Origin: Candidatus Eiseniibacteriota bacterium
GTDB taxonomy: Bacteria; Eisenbacteria; RBG-16-71-46; DASYSL01
Assembly: GCA_046595725.1 (NCBI GenBank)
Contig: JBKJOC010000189.1
Coordinates: 1-30,295, forward strand
DNA length: 30,295 nucleotides
Direction of reading: 5' to 3'
Positions 27,286-30,295 of this stretch are shown piece by piece. Below the pieces are notes generated by a model. It saw nothing but the letters and a program-made list of their open reading frames with translations. It was not told where the DNA came from and ran no database searches. Positions within the stretch are counted from its first letter, which is position 1, and each line of letters opens with the position of its first letter. The position numbers were made by a program, and so were the translations under genes.

Positions 27286-28047
27286 TCACGCCACCCGCTG
27301 CCCCAGCAAGATGTCGGCCTGCTCTGCCATCCGGTCGATGCCGCCGTACGCATCGAGGATCACCTGATCGCGCGTAGCTACCGTGACGCCGCCGAGCTCG
27401 ATTCGGCCGAGCTCGCTCACCCCGTCGAACGGGATCAACGTGACCCGCATACCGAACGAGCCTGGCTCCCTGCGGGTGAGGCTCGCAGCCTCGGCGGCGC
27501 GAGCGATGTCTTCGACGTAGAGCACCGGCCACGCTTCGCCTGCGCTGGAGCGGTAGAGGTTGGCGCCGGCGTCTCCGGTCACCGCGTACTCAACTCCTGC
27601 CCTATCCAGAGCCTCAGCAACATCGGACGCGGTCGGTCCAACCAGGAAGTCCACGGCACCGGGCCGGCGCGTCAGCCGAGCCGCGCGTCCGGCACGGAGC
27701 AACAGATCGGCCTCCTTGCCGGGCACCACTCGACCCAAGCCATCGAGGAGGCCGATCCGCGCCCAGCGCTCGCGCCACGCGTCAACCTCGGGAGTAATTG
27801 CAATATTCAGCGTCGGGTCGAGCGCGAGTCGCGCGGCCGCAATCACCGCGACGTCGGCAAGCCCGGTAAAACCGAGGGGCTCCCCCAACGCCGTGAAGAT
27901 CTCCTGCGCCAGGTCGAACGACGGACTCACCGCACCGGACTCGATCCGGGTCACCGTTGTCGGCGCGACATCGACCAACGCCGCGAGTTGACGGGCACTC
28001 AGCCCGTTCACGCGGCGCAGAGTCGAGACGCGCTCGGCGAGGTCCAT
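27286..28047 (-). CDS. XRE HTH fused to AbiEi-like (type IV antitoxin-like) C-terminal domain
   Basis: LRRVNGLSARQLAALVDVAPTTVTRIESGAVSPS; C-terminal YAVTG...VATRDQVILDAYGGIDRMAEQA resembles AbiEi_2-type tails. HTH is firm, AbiEi call is tentative. Confidence 0.65.
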   Translation of the reverse strand: MDLAERVSTLRRVNGLSARQLAALVDVAPTTVTRIESGAVSPSFDLAQEIFTALGEPLGFTGLADVAVIAAARLALDPTLNIAITPEVDAWRERWARIGLLDGLGRVVPGKEADLLLRAGRAARLTRRPGAVDFLVGPTASDVAEALDRAGVEYAVTGDAGANLYRSSAGEAWPVLYVEDIARAAEAASLTRREPGSFGMRVTLIPFDGVSELGRIELGGVTVATRDQVILDAYGGIDRMAEQADILLGQRVA

Positions 28048-28053
28048 GACCAA

Positions 28054-28082
28054 AGTCTAGCCGAGTGTTGCAAATAAGCAAC
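28054..28082 (-). promoter_or_regulatory. Leaderless promoter TTGCTT-N16-TAGACT-N6-ATG with overlapping GTTGC-N6-GCAAC inverted repeat
   Basis: Read directly at 28076..28081 (-35), 28054..28059 (-10), 28067..28082 (inverted repeat). Confidence 0.6.
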
Positions 28083-28160
28083 GCAGGGTGGGCTGCGGAC
28101 GCACTGCCATCGAGGAGATCACCCCGATCGCGTGGCCGGCGAGTTAGGGGTGACGGGCTT

Positions 28161-28180
28161 TCGAATATTTCGAGTATGGT
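28161..28180 (+). promoter_or_regulatory. TCGAA-TAT-TTCGA inverted repeat and TATGGT -10 box, 6 nt before ATG 28187
   Basis: Read directly; no Shine-Dalgarno present. Confidence 0.55.
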
Positions 28181-28186
28181 TGCGAC

Positions 28187-28705
28187 ATGGCCACCGTAGA
28201 AAGAGCCGCTCGTCTGCGGCAATCGAAGACCTATCTGCCTGACCATGAGCGCGAAGAGCTGCTCCAGTTCGCCCAGGTTTTGAACGGCATCAACATCACC
28301 GTCGGCAAGCCGGGGCACGCGATGCTTGTTGGCTCGGACGGCAAGCAGGTGCCGATTCCGGCCGAGCTGTTCCAGGTGTTGGAAGAGGCTGCCAACGTCT
28401 TGGCACTTGGCGACGGAATCTCGATATTGCCTTACGCGGCGAAGCTCACCACCCAGGAGGCTGCTGACTTCCTCGGCATGTCTCGTCCGACATTCGTCAA
28501 GATCCTCACATCCGGTGAGATCGAGTTCGAGATGGTTGGCCGTCATCGTCGCGTGATGCTTCGAGACGTGGTCGCGTACCAGGCCCGCGCCCAAAGTGTG
28601 CGGCGCGCCGCACTGGCCGACATCGCAAAGAACTCGATCGAGCACTACGACAAGCTGCCGAAGGGCGTGCCCTCATTGGATCGGCACTCAAGAACCGAGA
28701 ACTAG
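28187..28705 (+). CDS. Excisionase-family (HTH_17) DNA-binding protein
   Basis: VPIPAELFQVL...LTTQEAADFLGMSRPTFVKILTSGEIEFEMVGRHRRV. Confidence 0.85.
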   Translation: MATVERAARLRQSKTYLPDHEREELLQFAQVLNGINITVGKPGHAMLVGSDGKQVPIPAELFQVLEEAANVLALGDGISILPYAAKLTTQEAADFLGMSRPTFVKILTSGEIEFEMVGRHRRVMLRDVVAYQARAQSVRRAALADIAKNSIEHYDKLPKGVPSLDRHSRTEN

Positions 28706-28800
28706 TGGCAGTCCCTTGGTCAAAGGACCGAGCTTCAACATCGGCTGTTGTGTGCCACAGCTTCCAAACAATGTTCCACAAGTATGCGTAGAGTGACATT

Positions 28801-30006
28801 GTGGATCTGAAGATGTTCCAGAAGTCAGCCCCGGGGACACTTGTGTCCATCTCGGGGAACGACCCGCTGCTCGGAGCGTGGACACATCAGGCTTTCGTGC
28901 CAAACGCCCTGCCGTCCGCGAGCCCCACACTGAGCAGTAAGACCTACTTGGCCGTCGCGGAGGCTCGCGCGGCCCTTGCTGCACTGGACAGCACCGCGCG
29001 GCAACTACCCAACCCCACATTGCTTCGGATGCCCACACTCCGCCGCGAGGCGCAGAGCACTTCCGCGTTGGAAGGAACGTACGCGCCACTGGCCGACGTA
29101 CTCATCGCGGACGACGAGGAGCCGTCTTCGCCAGAACTGGTCGAGATCCTCAACTACGTGCGTGCCGCCAACCACGCCTTCGCCTGGATCGCAGACGGCC
29201 GACCGATCTCGATTTCCTTCCTCAGCGACCTACAAGGCCTGCTGATGCACGGCACCCCCCTGGAGTCGGTCTCCGGGCGCTTGCGTGAAACACAGGTCGT
29301 GATCGGACGCAGAGAAGATGCAGATCCACACGCGTTCCCAGCCCAGAACGCCCGCTTCGTTCCTTCCCCTGAAGGCACCGAACTCCAGACCGGCGTGCAA
29401 ACGCTCGTCGACTGGCTCCGAGCCGATCACCGAGGCCAGATCGACCCGGTCATCGCGGCAGCAATGTCGCACTACCAGTTCGAGACACTGCACCCGTTCC
29501 GAGATGGCAACGGCCGCCTTGGCCGACTCTTGATCGTCCTGCATCTCGTCAACACCGACGTCTTGAGCGAGCCGACACTCACCGTCTCGCCGTGGTTCGA
29601 AGCGCGACGAGGGCAGTACTACGACCGGCTCTTGGCAGTGAGTACGGCGGGCGACTGGGACGGATTCGTCGCCTTCTTCGCCGAGGGGCTCCGCCAGGCT
29701 GCGGAGGCGACCCACGCCGAGATGCGGGCACTAGTCGCAGTTCAAGCCGACCTCAAGGGCATCATCCGAGCGTCAAAACTGCGCGCCGACAACGCGCACG
29801 CGTTGGTCGACCTAGCCATCGCCAATCCAAGCTTCACCGTCCGAAAGGTCGAGGCCGACCTCGAAATCTCGTACGGACGCGCTAACAAGTTGATCGCACA
29901 ACTGATCGACCTGGGTGTTCTGAACGTCGTAGACGCGGACGCGTACAAGCGCAGATTCTTCGCTCCGCGGGTGCACGAAGTCCTCACATCGCGGATCATC
30001 CAATGA
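28801..30006 (+). CDS. Fic family protein, class II (N-terminal inhibitory helix, C-terminal HTH)
   Basis: REAQSTSALEG contains TxxxEG; HPFRDGNGRLGR catalytic loop. Confidence 0.9.
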   Translation: MDLKMFQKSAPGTLVSISGNDPLLGAWTHQAFVPNALPSASPTLSSKTYLAVAEARAALAALDSTARQLPNPTLLRMPTLRREAQSTSALEGTYAPLADVLIADDEEPSSPELVEILNYVRAANHAFAWIADGRPISISFLSDLQGLLMHGTPLESVSGRLRETQVVIGRREDADPHAFPAQNARFVPSPEGTELQTGVQTLVDWLRADHRGQIDPVIAAAMSHYQFETLHPFRDGNGRLGRLLIVLHLVNTDVLSEPTLTVSPWFEARRGQYYDRLLAVSTAGDWDGFVAFFAEGLRQAAEATHAEMRALVAVQADLKGIIRASKLRADNAHALVDLAIANPSFTVRKVEADLEISYGRANKLIAQLIDLGVLNVVDADAYKRRFFAPRVHEVLTSRIIQ

Positions 30007-30035
30007 CTGCCACTGGCCACCAGCTGCGGGGCCAG

Positions 30036-30076
30036 AGTGATACACGAAAGTGATACAAACTGGCCCGGAAACGGCG

Positions 30077-30086
<10 letters not shown>
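30036..30086. repeat. Paired short direct repeats near the element end (candidate integrase arm / Xis sites)
   Basis: AGTGATACA at 30036 and 30049; AAACGGCG at 30069 and 30079. Confidence 0.6.

Positions 30087-30295
<209 letters not shown>

Overview
High-GC actinobacterial DNA (Nocardioides-like by protein style; inference). Almost the whole window is one integrative, probably mobilizable, element. A tyrosine integrase sits at the left edge, and a MobF relaxase plus two Xis/AlpA-like HTH genes sit in the middle. The right junction is at about 30175, where the element interrupts a yyaL/SSP411 (DUF255) thioredoxin-domain gene right after its CHWCH codons. Cargo is defence-type: (i) a tightly coupled res-mod-5'-nucleotidase-UvrD/PD-(D/E)xK operon; (ii) a sacsin-like ATPase-DUF3883 protein; (iii) a VbhA-Fic pair and a class II Fic; (iv) several antitoxin-like regulators with no adjacent toxin; (v) a five-gene ubiquitin-like conjugation operon (two-domain Ubl with a C-terminal extension, Cys-free E2, JAB-E1 fusion, DUF6527-like protein, Clp-fold serine protease). 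This operon has a divergent RHH regulator with a palindromic operator, and faces a convergent 453-aa protein with a proteasome-beta/HslV-like Thr1 N-terminus. The Ubl operon plus two proteases is the best candidate for an undescribed system. All family calls come from motif recognition by eye; no database searches were run.
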